Shown: one piece after another, positions 10,002 through 18,960 of the stretch
Position numbering within the stretch: position 1 is the first letter of the stretch
Layout: each line of letters starts with the position of its first letter
DNA from: Acidobacteriota bacterium
GTDB lineage: Bacteria > Acidobacteriota > UBA6911 > RPQK01 > JADFOI01
Reading direction: 5' to 3'
DNA length: 64,000 bases
Assembly (NCBI GenBank): GCA_963663035.1
Contig: OY760074.1
Coordinates: 2,016,001 to 2,080,000, forward strand
Translations under genes and position numbers: made by a program
Notes under the pieces: model-generated
Databases searched by the model: none
Seen by the model: the letters and a program-made list of their open reading frames with translations, nothing else
Told to the model about the DNA's origin: nothing

Positions 10002-11729
10002 ATGGATTCAAAATCTTGGAGTAAAACTATGTCACTGATGCGATTTAGCCTGCTGTTTCTAGCTATCCTTATTATGACAGCCGCTCTGAGTGCGGTGAGC
10101 GCACAGGACTCAGACTTCGTTCCGGTCACTGACGCCGTCCTTGAAAATCCCGATCCAGGCGACTGGTTGAGGTGGCGCCGCGATCACAGCGCCAGCGGAT
10201 ACAGCCCTCTGGACCAGGTGAATCGCCAGAATGTTCAGAAATTGGCTTTGGCGTGGGCGTGGCCTATCGAAGAAGGGTCCCAGGAGCAGGAGCCCATCGT
10301 CCACAATGGAGTGATGTACCTTCCCCATCCCAATAACGTGGTACAGGCCCTCGATGCGCGAACGGGCGACCTGATCTGGGAATACCGTCGAGAGTTGCCA
10401 GAGGACGCCAGCAGAAGCGCCAGCCGCAATATCGCCATCTATCAGGATAAGATCTTTATGGGCACACTGGATGCTTACCTGGTTGCGCTGGATGCGAAGA
10501 CCGGGGGCGTTGTGTGGGAAACCAAAGTCTCCGACTATCAGCAGCGAGTCCGTTACTCGGCCGGGCCAATCGTGGCAGATGGCAGGGTCTTTGCAGGTCT
10601 GAGCTGCAATGTGGGTACTCCTTTACCCTGCTTCATGACCGCCCATGACGCGGCAACGGGGAAACAGTTGTGGCGAAGGGAGTCGATCGCCGGACCCGGA
10701 GATCCCGCAGAACACAACGCGACCTGGGGTGGTGTGCCTTATGAGGAGCGCAAGAAGGGCTCCTTCTGGCTGACCGGAAGCTACGATCCCGCTTTGAAGA
10801 TGCTCTACTGGACAACTGCCAGTGCTTATCCCTATCCGGAGATCCTCAAAGGAACGGGCGACGGTGAGGTGCTCTACACCAACTCATTGCTGGCCCTTGA
10901 TGCCGAAACCGGGGCCATCAAGTGGTTCTTCCAGATGCAGCCCCGTGACAATTTCGACATGGACCATCAGGATAACCCCATACTGGCCGACGTGGAGATC
11001 GGCGGAATTCAACGCAAGGTCGTATTCACACTGGGTAAACCCGGCATTCTGTGGGCTTTCGATCGGGAGACGGGAAGACATCTCTGGAACCGCCAGCTGG
11101 TGACCCACCAGAACATTTACCAGCACATCGATCCCGAGACGGGCGCTATCACCATGAACGAAAACATCATTCCCAAGGAGGTCAATACCTCTAAACTGGT
11201 CTGCCCGGGAATGCGTGGGGGGAAGCTCTTTCAGACCGACGCCTATAACCCCATAACGAATACTGTCTACAGCCCGGTCACCAATGAATGCATTGTCTTT
11301 GAGGTCCTGCCGCTGGACGTGAGTACCTCAGGACTCAATTACGGTCAAATCGAGCACATGCAAGGTTCTAACGGTAACGTGGGGAGGCTGGCTGCGGTTT
11401 CGGCTTCTACAGGCGAGCTGCTGTGGACGCATGATCAGCGCGCCGGCCTCGGCTCTGTCTTGACAACAGCGGGCAGATTGGTGTTTGTGGGTGATTTCTA
11501 TCGGCACTTCAAAGCCCTGGACGCCGAGACCGGCAAGGTCCTTTGGGAAGTTCCGCTCAACGGCCCGGTTACAGGCTATCCCATCAGCTATGCCGTAGAT
11601 GGGAAGCAATATGTGGCCATTGGGGCGGGATCAGGTACGGGTGGGCAGCGCCATATAAGCCAGTTGTCCCCCGAGCTGATTTCTCCTGGAGGAAGTAATA
11701 TTCTGATGGTTTTTGCGCTGAGCGAGTGA
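10002..11729 (+). CDS. PQQ-dependent dehydrogenase (beta-propeller quinoprotein)
   Basis: Signal peptide, YSPLDQVN, repeated ALDAxTGxxxW blades and C-terminal PISYAVDGKQYVA; GGGGAGG RBS before ATG 10002. Confidence 0.9.
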   Translation: MDSKSWSKTMSLMRFSLLFLAILIMTAALSAVSAQDSDFVPVTDAVLENPDPGDWLRWRRDHSASGYSPLDQVNRQNVQKLALAWAWPIEEGSQEQEPIVHNGVMYLPHPNNVVQALDARTGDLIWEYRRELPEDASRSASRNIAIYQDKIFMGTLDAYLVALDAKTGGVVWETKVSDYQQRVRYSAGPIVADGRVFAGLSCNVGTPLPCFMTAHDAATGKQLWRRESIAGPGDPAEHNATWGGVPYEERKKGSFWLTGSYDPALKMLYWTTASAYPYPEILKGTGDGEVLYTNSLLALDAETGAIKWFFQMQPRDNFDMDHQDNPILADVEIGGIQRKVVFTLGKPGILWAFDRETGRHLWNRQLVTHQNIYQHIDPETGAITMNENIIPKEVNTSKLVCPGMRGGKLFQTDAYNPITNTVYSPVTNECIVFEVLPLDVSTSGLNYGQIEHMQGSNGNVGRLAAVSASTGELLWTHDQRAGLGSVLTTAGRLVFVGDFYRHFKALDAETGKVLWEVPLNGPVTGYPISYAVDGKQYVAIGAGSGTGGQRHISQLSPELISPGGSNILMVFALSE

Positions 11730-11818
11730 TGCCAGCGGTCAAGTCGACAGGCCGAGTTCGGTTGAGCCTGTAGGCTGCAATCGAGTGTGCCCGCGCCAAA
11801 CTTACTCCACCTCACAGA

Positions 11819-13085
11819 TGACCTTGCCCCCTAAAACGAGTCCAGTTTGAATGTTAGGATTTCCGGTTTAGGAAGGAGGCAAGGATGGCAGGGAAGCGGT
11901 TTAGGGCAGAACAGATCATCATGAAGCTGCGTGAGGCAGAGGTGGGTCTGGCCCAAGGACAGAGGGTGGGACAGGTGTCGAAGCAGATGGGGGTGAGCGA
12001 GCAGACCTACTACCGGTGGCGCAAAGAGTACGGAGGGCTCCGGTTGGACCAGGCCAAGAGGTTGAAGGTGTTGGAGAAGGAGAATACCCGGTTGAAGAAG
12101 CTGGTGGCGGATCTGTCTTTGGACAAGCAGATCCTGAAGGAAGTGTCCTCGGGAAACTTCTAGGCCCGGCGAACAGGAGACGAGCGGTGATGTGGGTACG
12201 AGAGCGATTAGGAGCAGAGCGAGTCTCCGAACGTCGGGCCTGCCAAGTGCTGGGACAGGTTCGATCGACCCAGCGAAGGGAAAGGCAAATTCCCGATGAT
12301 GAGGCCCGATTGGTGGCCCGGATGGTGGAGTTGGCTACGCAATACGGGCGTTATGGCTACCGGCGGGTCACGGCGATACTTCATGGGGAAGGGTGGAAGG
12401 TGAATCCTAAGCGGGTGGAGAGGCTGTGGAGACAAGAAGGGCTGAAAGTCCCGTCCAGACAGCCGAAACGAAGGAGGCTGTGGCTTAATGACGGTTCCTG
12501 TGTTCGGTTACGAGCGGCTCGCAAGAACCACGTCTGGAGCTATGATTTCGTGCATGAACGGACCCATGATGGGCGAGCCTTTCGGCTATTGACGATCCTG
12601 GATGAGTACACCAGAGAGTGCCTCGCCATTGATGTGAAACGGCAGATGAATCACCAAGACGTGTTGGACCGGCTGGCGGAGTTATTCGTTGATCGGGGAG
12701 TGCCTGAGTTTATCCGGTCCGATAACGGATCGGAGTTTACGGCACAGGCGGTCCGGGACTGGCTGCAGGCTGTTGGGGTAAGGACCTTGTACATCGAGCC
12801 GGGCAGCCCCTGGGAGAATGGGTACATTGAGAGTTTCAACGGGAAACTACGGGATGAGCTGCTGAACATGGAGATCTTCGACACGCTGGGGGAAGCCAAG
12901 GTGTTGGTAGAACGCTGGCGGAGGGATTACAATCAGATCCGGCCTCACAGCGCCTTGGCCTATCGGCCGCCGGCGCCAGAGGCCAAACTACCTAGGTCGC
13001 AGGCACTGGATCCAATCCCTTGGAGTGGACTTCAAATGGTCCCGGGTCTAGCATAGAGGGTGGACTCGTTCGTGGGGGCAGGTCA
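11819..13085 (+). mobile_element. IS3-family element, copy 1 (1267 bp)
   Basis: TG...CA termini; IRs TGACCTTGCCCCCTAAAACGAGTCCA / TGGACTCGTTCGTGGGGGCAGGTCA; no TSD visible. Confidence 0.95.
11885..13056 (+). CDS. IS3 transposase OrfA/OrfB with programmed -1 frameshift
   Basis: OrfA HTH at 11885-12163; slippery G-GGA-AAC at 12151-12157; OrfB has [13 protein letters not shown] and ENGYIESFN (DDE). Confidence 0.93.
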
Positions 13086-13232
13086 CCTCCCTTTGGCAAT
13101 GAGTTCGTTTGTGGGTTCCGGGGGTGGCGGTGGTTTGCAGCCTGCCAGTGTCATCAAGCCAAGGCATGCGGGGAGAATGGCTGTCAGGAGTAGATGAATT
13201 CTAGGAAAGGCAAACCACTTCATGCTTTTCAT
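13086..13232 (-). pseudogene. Lipoprotein gene 5' end truncated by IS3
   Basis: RBS plus 49 codons MKSMKW...LMTLAGCKPPPPPEPTNELIAKGR with an LAGC lipobox; the next codon is a TGA supplied by the IS end. Confidence 0.65.
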
Positions 13233-13334
13233 TGCTTCCCCCTTTTCAGTTTGGGTCTACGGGGGCCGGACAGTATCACAGAACCCCAGGTAAGTACCAT
13301 CTTCTGTGTCAACTGGGTTGCGAACGATTACGGT

Positions 13335-14855
13335 CCAAGGACTTCGCCCGTTGCCTCACGTAAAAATCTATTCGAAAGGGTATTGGTTGCCTCATTTAAA
13401 ATCTATCCGAAAGGGATTGCAGGAAGGGGTGGAAAAAAGCACCAGCCAGAGGAGTGGCAAAGTCTTGTTCAACACCCGCAGCCTGTAGCCAGAGAAAGAT
13501 TTTCACATCCAGCCCGCTTCGCATCGTTTCTTCTGTTCAGGAGTCAGTTTGAGTAAAAGGCAATTCTGAAACCAGCCGATCTGCCGTGCCAGCTGGGCTG
13601 GATTGAGCTCCTCATACTCTTGGGCCAGTTCCCGCTTGATCTTGTCCGCCACCTCAGGGGACTGGCAGATCCGCCGGTAGGGAGTTTTCGGAACATCATA
13701 CGTTTTCCAGATCCGAGACCCTCGAGGTTGCTTGGCCACCATCTTCATGACCGGCTTGAAAAAGTTGATCTGCAGTCGCAGCCGATCGTACAACTCGTTG
13801 CCCAGTTCCAGTTCTCGCTCTCCCTCGTAGCGAGCATAACCCACGGCCCGCCGAACCACCGAATAGTTTTTCTGTTCCACATAAGGGTTGTCATTCTTGC
13901 GGGAGGGGCGGGTGCGGGTGAAGGTGATCTTGTGCTGCTCACAAAAACGAATCAAGTGTGGGTTGATGAACTCGCCGCCGTTGTCCGAAGCGATCCCCAG
14001 CCAGGGGAAAGGCGAGCGCTTCTCAAGCAGTTTCATGGCTTCCAGGACCCACACCTGGGCCTTATTGCGCACCGCTCGCACCTCCGTCCAGCCCGTGTAC
14101 ACATCCGTTACATCCAGGGTTTGACAGTAATCCCCCCGCCCTATGCCTCCCTCATGGCCCACCAGGTCCACTTCCACAAAACCGGGGCGATCCTCTTGCC
14201 AGTCGGCGAAACGCTTGATCGGAATCTGATGTTTGAGCAGCGTCCCCGGCTTGGTCCCGGATCGCCCCTTGAGCTGATGCTTGCGCCTCTCGGGCGCCAG
14301 CAGCCGATCGATGGTGGCGGCGCTGATCTGGATCAACCGCTCTCGTGTCCTGGCATCCACTTTCAGCTCCCCATGTCTTTCTAAAATCGGCACCACTTCC
14401 GGCAAAATGGCCACCAGACGTTTCCCACACAAATAGTCCAGTATCTTCCAGATGATCTTGAGCGCCTCCACAACTTTCTGGTCGTATTTGCGGGCCCGCT
14501 GCCCACCAGCTTTCTTCCGGATGTCTCCCACCGCCACTACTTTGGGGCTCAACCAAATCCGCTTGCCCTGGTGGCGAAGCAGATAGGCCCCATAGCAGCG
14601 GTTGTATCCCGTCATCTCGGTAAACTCCGTCAGCACTTCTCCCTTTACCTTCTTGCGCTTCTTCCGGTAGCGGGGGGCAAAGCTTTTGATCAAGACACCC
14701 TTTTCGCTCATCGTTAACCTCATGGGTGCCCTCCATTCCTTCTTGGAGGACACTTCTATTCCCCTGCCTACGCACAGGCCATTTCGAATAGATTTTTAAA
14801 TGAGGCAACGTATCCATTTCGAATAGATTTTTGATGAGGCAATTCGCTCTTGACG
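13335..14855 (-). mobile_element. Unclassified rve/DDE insertion element with two subterminal repeats at each end (termini approximate)
   Basis: TTGCCTCANNTAAAA(A)TCTATYCGAAA occurs twice at 13351-13412 and twice inverted at 14782-14842. Confidence 0.75.
13503..14723 (-). CDS. DDE integrase-core (rve-like) transposase
   Basis: TKPGTLLKHQIP, PGFVEVDLVGH, TDVYTGWTE, SDNGGEFIN and KNDNPYVEQKN motifs; start at MRLT. Confidence 0.88.
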   Translation of the reverse strand: MRLTMSEKGVLIKSFAPRYRKKRKKVKGEVLTEFTEMTGYNRCYGAYLLRHQGKRIWLSPKVVAVGDIRKKAGGQRARKYDQKVVEALKIIWKILDYLCGKRLVAILPEVVPILERHGELKVDARTRERLIQISAATIDRLLAPERRKHQLKGRSGTKPGTLLKHQIPIKRFADWQEDRPGFVEVDLVGHEGGIGRGDYCQTLDVTDVYTGWTEVRAVRNKAQVWVLEAMKLLEKRSPFPWLGIASDNGGEFINPHLIRFCEQHKITFTRTRPSRKNDNPYVEQKNYSVVRRAVGYARYEGERELELGNELYDRLRLQINFFKPVMKMVAKQPRGSRIWKTYDVPKTPYRRICQSPEVADKIKRELAQEYEELNPAQLARQIGWFQNCLLLKLTPEQKKRCEAGWM

Positions 14856-14919
14856 AATTTATCGAGTCGCTGCCAGAATACACCGCAGGTGGAAGACCCG
14901 GTGAAGAAAGGAGGTAAAC

Positions 14920-15986
14920 ATGGCAATCAACCGGGTCAAAAAGAGAGGAAAAGAACGTATTGAGGTCCGCAAGCGGTGGCCGGATGGCACAGAGTTTCGC
15001 CGCTTCTTTAGCAGCATGACAGTAGCAAAGCAGGCACTGGCGAAGATTGAGGGAACTATTGTATTGGAACGTGGCGTGAAACGCGCGAGGACCTAGCTCG
15101 AGGGCCAGAACCTGGTGCAGTAACGTTTGAGAAATTCTCAGACCGGTTCTTGGAGGAATACGCGAAGGTCCGCTGCCGTTCTTGGAAACGCTATGAATTG
15201 TCGCTCCGCACCATGAAGCGGTATTTTGGAAAAATCGAGCTCGAGGAATTCACGCGGCATCACCTTCACAGCTACGTTCAGAAACGCTCGCGGGAGGTTA
15301 GTGCTGCCTCCGTCAATCGAGATATTGCGTGTGTCAAGAAGCTTTTCAGCTACGCATACGAGCTTGGAACTGTCGAGAATCACCCGCTGTTTCGTTTTCC
15401 GCTTCTACCAGAGCGTGAGAAAAGCCGGCGCATTTTGACGGTGGAAGAGTTTCGTCGCCTAGTCGAAGCAATGCCCAACACTGTCATGGCCGCTTATGTG
15501 GCTCTGCTAGGCGAGGCTGGGCTACGGAAGAGTGAGGCTCTGCACCTTAAGTGGTCAAATATCGATCTTAGAGAAAGGCTAGTCATTCCAGAGAAGACCA
15601 AAAGCAACAAAGTACGCATGATTCCGCTGTCCGACTATGCGCTTGAGTGGATGTCGAAACTCATACGCTACGTTCACTGCCCGCACGTCTTTGTCAATCC
15701 TCTAACGGGACGACGTCTTATCAGTCCCGACAAGACCTTCAGACAAGCTGCTGAAGCTGCAGGATTCCAAGGGCTTGGCTTTCACGACCTACGAGTTTTT
15801 CGTGGAACACAGTGGAACCGTATGGGGGTGGATCTCAGAACGATTCAGCAGATGCTGGGGCACTCTGACATCAAAACGACCATGCGGTACGTCAGATATC
15901 TCGATAAGGCATTGGTCGAAGTTAGGCAGGCCCAAGCGAATGAGACCTCAGCAGCGGGTGACAAACGGGTGACAAGGCTTCAATGA
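14920..15986 (+). pseudogene. Tyrosine recombinase/phage-type integrase, frameshifted near 15066
   Basis: AGGAGG RBS and ATG 14920; this frame stops at about 15096 while the -1 frame (GTWRETRED...) continues into the 15150-15986 ORF carrying GLRKSE, KTK, HDLR, LGH and TMRY. Confidence 0.82.
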
Positions 15987-16031
15987 CGGCCAGGGAAATT
16001 CTGAGAATCCGCGTAAGTCATTGAAAAGAAA
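15955..16031 (+). other. Candidate att-site arm: arm-type direct repeats and an IHF-like site
   Basis: CGGGTGACAA at 15955-15964 and 15966-15975; the reverse complement TTTCAATGACTTA resembles the IHF consensus WATCARNNNNTTR, next to the tRNA 3' end. Confidence 0.5.
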
Positions 16032-16109
<78 letters not shown>

Positions 16110-16209
16110 ATTAAGGTTTTCGGGGGAATTATCTCACGCTTGTGTGTGGATCTGTAGAAGAAGTAGACTGTCCCCAATTTCCGCTGAGAAACACGTCAGG
16201 GGAGTAGCG

Positions 16210-16680
16210 ATGGAAAAAGAGGTTCCAGATAACGCAGGTGTGATTGCACCTCCTCCGTTGATCTATGGCGTGGCTTTTTTGCTGGGAAGCCTGAGCCATT
16301 TCATGTTTCCGATTTCTTTTCTGCCCACGAACCTGGCCCGCTGGCTGGGAGTCCCGTTGATGTTGGCGGCAGGCTTGATCGTAGCAACAGCATTTCGTGC
16401 ACTCGGACGTGCCAAAACGACCTTTGATGTTCGAAAACCGACCACCACCATTGTCGCCGAAGGTCCCTTCCGATACAGCCGCAATCCGATGTATCTCTCA
16501 CTGACGTTGCTCTATATGGGACTCGCTGTGCTGATCAATTCCCTGTGGATACTTCTCCTTCTCTTGCCGGTAATGATCGTAATCCAGAATAGTGTGGTAA
16601 AACGGGAAGAGCAGTATCTGGAACGAAAGTTTGGAGAAACCTACCTGCGCTACAAGGCTCAGGTTCGACGTTGGATTTAG
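16210..16680 (+). CDS. Isoprenylcysteine carboxyl methyltransferase (ICMT/PEMT) family membrane protein
   Basis: PPPLIY, GPFRYSRNPMY, REEQYLERKFG and YKAQVRRW motifs; GGAG RBS. Confidence 0.88.
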   Translation: MEKEVPDNAGVIAPPPLIYGVAFLLGSLSHFMFPISFLPTNLARWLGVPLMLAAGLIVATAFRALGRAKTTFDVRKPTTTIVAEGPFRYSRNPMYLSLTLLYMGLAVLINSLWILLLLLPVMIVIQNSVVKREEQYLERKFGETYLRYKAQVRRWI

Positions 16681-16691
16681 TCACGTCTCTA

Positions 16692-18866
16692 CTACTTCGC
16701 GAGCGGGTCGGGGCGAAGCTGGAAGTGTACGACCTTGCTGGTCGTCCCGGTGCCGGTTTCCATGTGGAAAGGTGCTCGGGTGCTCACCGTCGTCCAGAGC
16801 CCCTTGCCTTTCCAGCCGGCATCGGGATCATCGATGCGGCCGTCCATCCACTTGGTGTAGAACCCGAGCGGATAGGGCACCCGCATCACAACCCACTCCC
16901 CGTCCTTCAAGGCCAGCAGCCCTTCGGACCCATTGCCGGTATTGATGGGCACGTTTGTGCCCAACCCCAAGGTGTCGAACTGATCCACCCAGGTGTAGTA
17001 GCTGGCCTCGGCGCCACCAGAATCGGTCAGGCCTTTGAGTTGCGGTAACGGCTCCGGATAGAAGGTCCAGCCTTCCGGGCAGTGCTGCCCGGTCGCGGTG
17101 GGCCCATTGAGCGGCCCCGTGCACTTGCTGCGGTCGAAGCTGGCCATGTGCCCGCTGGCCAGGGGCGCCCAGACGACTCCGTTGCGGTCGATGTCCATGC
17201 CGCGCGGAGAGTACCCTTGTACGGGCGCCTCGGGGTTGCCCCAGGGCAGCTCGTAGAGTTCCGTTATCGCGGTCTCCGGGGGGTTGGGCCCCGGGTCCAG
17301 CCGCATAACCGAGCCGGGAAAGCCTAACGAAGATCCCCAGATCGATCCGTCGACGGGGTTCACGGCAACGCCGTAGTAGCCAGCTCTGATCCGTTTGTCC
17401 TTGCTGGGATCGATTGGCTCGTCGGGCTCCACATAGTCGTCCCGTTGGCCGTTCCCGTTGGTATCGAGGATGAGCGCGGTCCAGCCCTGCGACTTCTCCT
17501 CATCGCCGGTCTCGTCAAACATCTTCGTGTTCAGCCAGCCGATGACCTGGCCGCCACCGCTGGTCCACAGCGTGTGGTTGTCATCCTCTGCAAACACCAG
17601 GTGGTGCGTACTGAAACAGGTGCTCACGAGCGTGAACTGCTCGGTTGCCGGATCGTACACGGAGACGTGGCGGCGGGCCCTGGCAACCGGGAACAGCTTC
17701 GCCGACGGATGGTCCGACCCCTCCTTGCAGAAGGCCGGATTCTCACTGGGGCGAACTGTCGAGGTGAGCCAGACCCGCCCCTTGTGATCGAGCATCGGAT
17801 TGTGGGCGTTGCCACGACTGGTCCAGATCGCTTCCTCCCCCCAGTAGGGTGACGGCTCCAGCGGCGGCCCGGCCGCAATCGGGGTCTCCGGATCGCGAAC
17901 CGGCAGCTTCACCTGGCTCGCCGTGTGACTCACCGGATCCAGGACGGGCACGTAATCCGCGCTGGCCTCGAGGGCTCCGTAGATCGGGCCATTGGCGTTG
18001 ACGGTGGGATTCCGCTTGTCGGTGGAAATCTCATCGTGGAGGTAGGCCTTGGGGTCGGCCCAGTCCCACTGGGTGATGACGACGTTTCGCTCCACGCCTT
18101 GCGGTCTGGGCGGCGCTGGCGGCACTTCCCCGTCGGTGATCCGACGGGTCCAGTCCGCAAACACTTCCAGCGCCCTCTGCCGACCCAGCCTGTTGAGCCC
18201 GTTGTTCATGCTGCCCCCAGCTTGTCCGGACTGGATGCGCCGATCCCAGGCGGCCTCCAGGGAATCGAACTCGCCAAGCTCAGCGGGGATCTCCCGCGTG
18301 GCCTTGTTGCCCAGTTGATGACAGGCCATGCACCCACCCGACTTGAGGTTCCTAATCCACTCGGCCTGGCTTTCCATGTTTGGCGAGATGCCATTACCCT
18401 GGGGCCCCGTGCCCGGGAATTCGTCTTTCTCCGGCACCTGGATCAGGGAGAACCAGGACCCGGCCGGGTAGTACTCCGCCGCCGCCTGCGGGTCGGGCGC
18501 CGTGACGGCACTCAGGTTCAGAATCTCGCCTGGCGCGGTCTGAACTTTCGGCGAATCCACCAATCCGTAGCCGCGCACCCACACGTCGTAGTTGGCTGTG
18601 GGAAGGTCGGGCATCACATAGTTCCCCTGATCGTCGGTGACCACGATCTTGACAAACCTGGTGGGTAAGTCAGTCGTCTCGGCGATCACCCAAACCCCAG
18701 CTTCCGGCCCCGTCTCGCTGGTGACCACCCCGCCCAGGTCATCGTTGTCGATGGAAATCGCTTGGTCGGTCGTTTGACAGGCGCTCATCCCGGCCAGCGA
18801 GACAGCCAGGAAAACGGCGATGCCAACATAGAAAATGTCTGGATGCGAAACTCTTTTGGTCCCCAT
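16692..18866 (-). CDS. Lipoprotein with carboxypeptidase-regulatory-like N-domain, one c-type heme motif and a probable beta-propeller
   Basis: Lipobox-like MSAC; GVWVIAET...TDDQGNY..PDLP..YDVWVRGYGL; CMACH; beta-rich C-terminal half. Confidence 0.75.
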   Translation of the reverse strand: MGTKRVSHPDIFYVGIAVFLAVSLAGMSACQTTDQAISIDNDDLGGVVTSETGPEAGVWVIAETTDLPTRFVKIVVTDDQGNYVMPDLPTANYDVWVRGYGLVDSPKVQTAPGEILNLSAVTAPDPQAAAEYYPAGSWFSLIQVPEKDEFPGTGPQGNGISPNMESQAEWIRNLKSGGCMACHQLGNKATREIPAELGEFDSLEAAWDRRIQSGQAGGSMNNGLNRLGRQRALEVFADWTRRITDGEVPPAPPRPQGVERNVVITQWDWADPKAYLHDEISTDKRNPTVNANGPIYGALEASADYVPVLDPVSHTASQVKLPVRDPETPIAAGPPLEPSPYWGEEAIWTSRGNAHNPMLDHKGRVWLTSTVRPSENPAFCKEGSDHPSAKLFPVARARRHVSVYDPATEQFTLVSTCFSTHHLVFAEDDNHTLWTSGGGQVIGWLNTKMFDETGDEEKSQGWTALILDTNGNGQRDDYVEPDEPIDPSKDKRIRAGYYGVAVNPVDGSIWGSSLGFPGSVMRLDPGPNPPETAITELYELPWGNPEAPVQGYSPRGMDIDRNGVVWAPLASGHMASFDRSKCTGPLNGPTATGQHCPEGWTFYPEPLPQLKGLTDSGGAEASYYTWVDQFDTLGLGTNVPINTGNGSEGLLALKDGEWVVMRVPYPLGFYTKWMDGRIDDPDAGWKGKGLWTTVSTRAPFHMETGTGTTSKVVHFQLRPDPLAK

Positions 18867-18960
18867 GATCCCCTCCCCTTAACCTCTTTTAGTAGTCAGA
18901 TTTTTCTCGATGCTATTGTAGCGTCCGCTCTGTGAGCGGACAAATCAAAAGCAGAAATGT

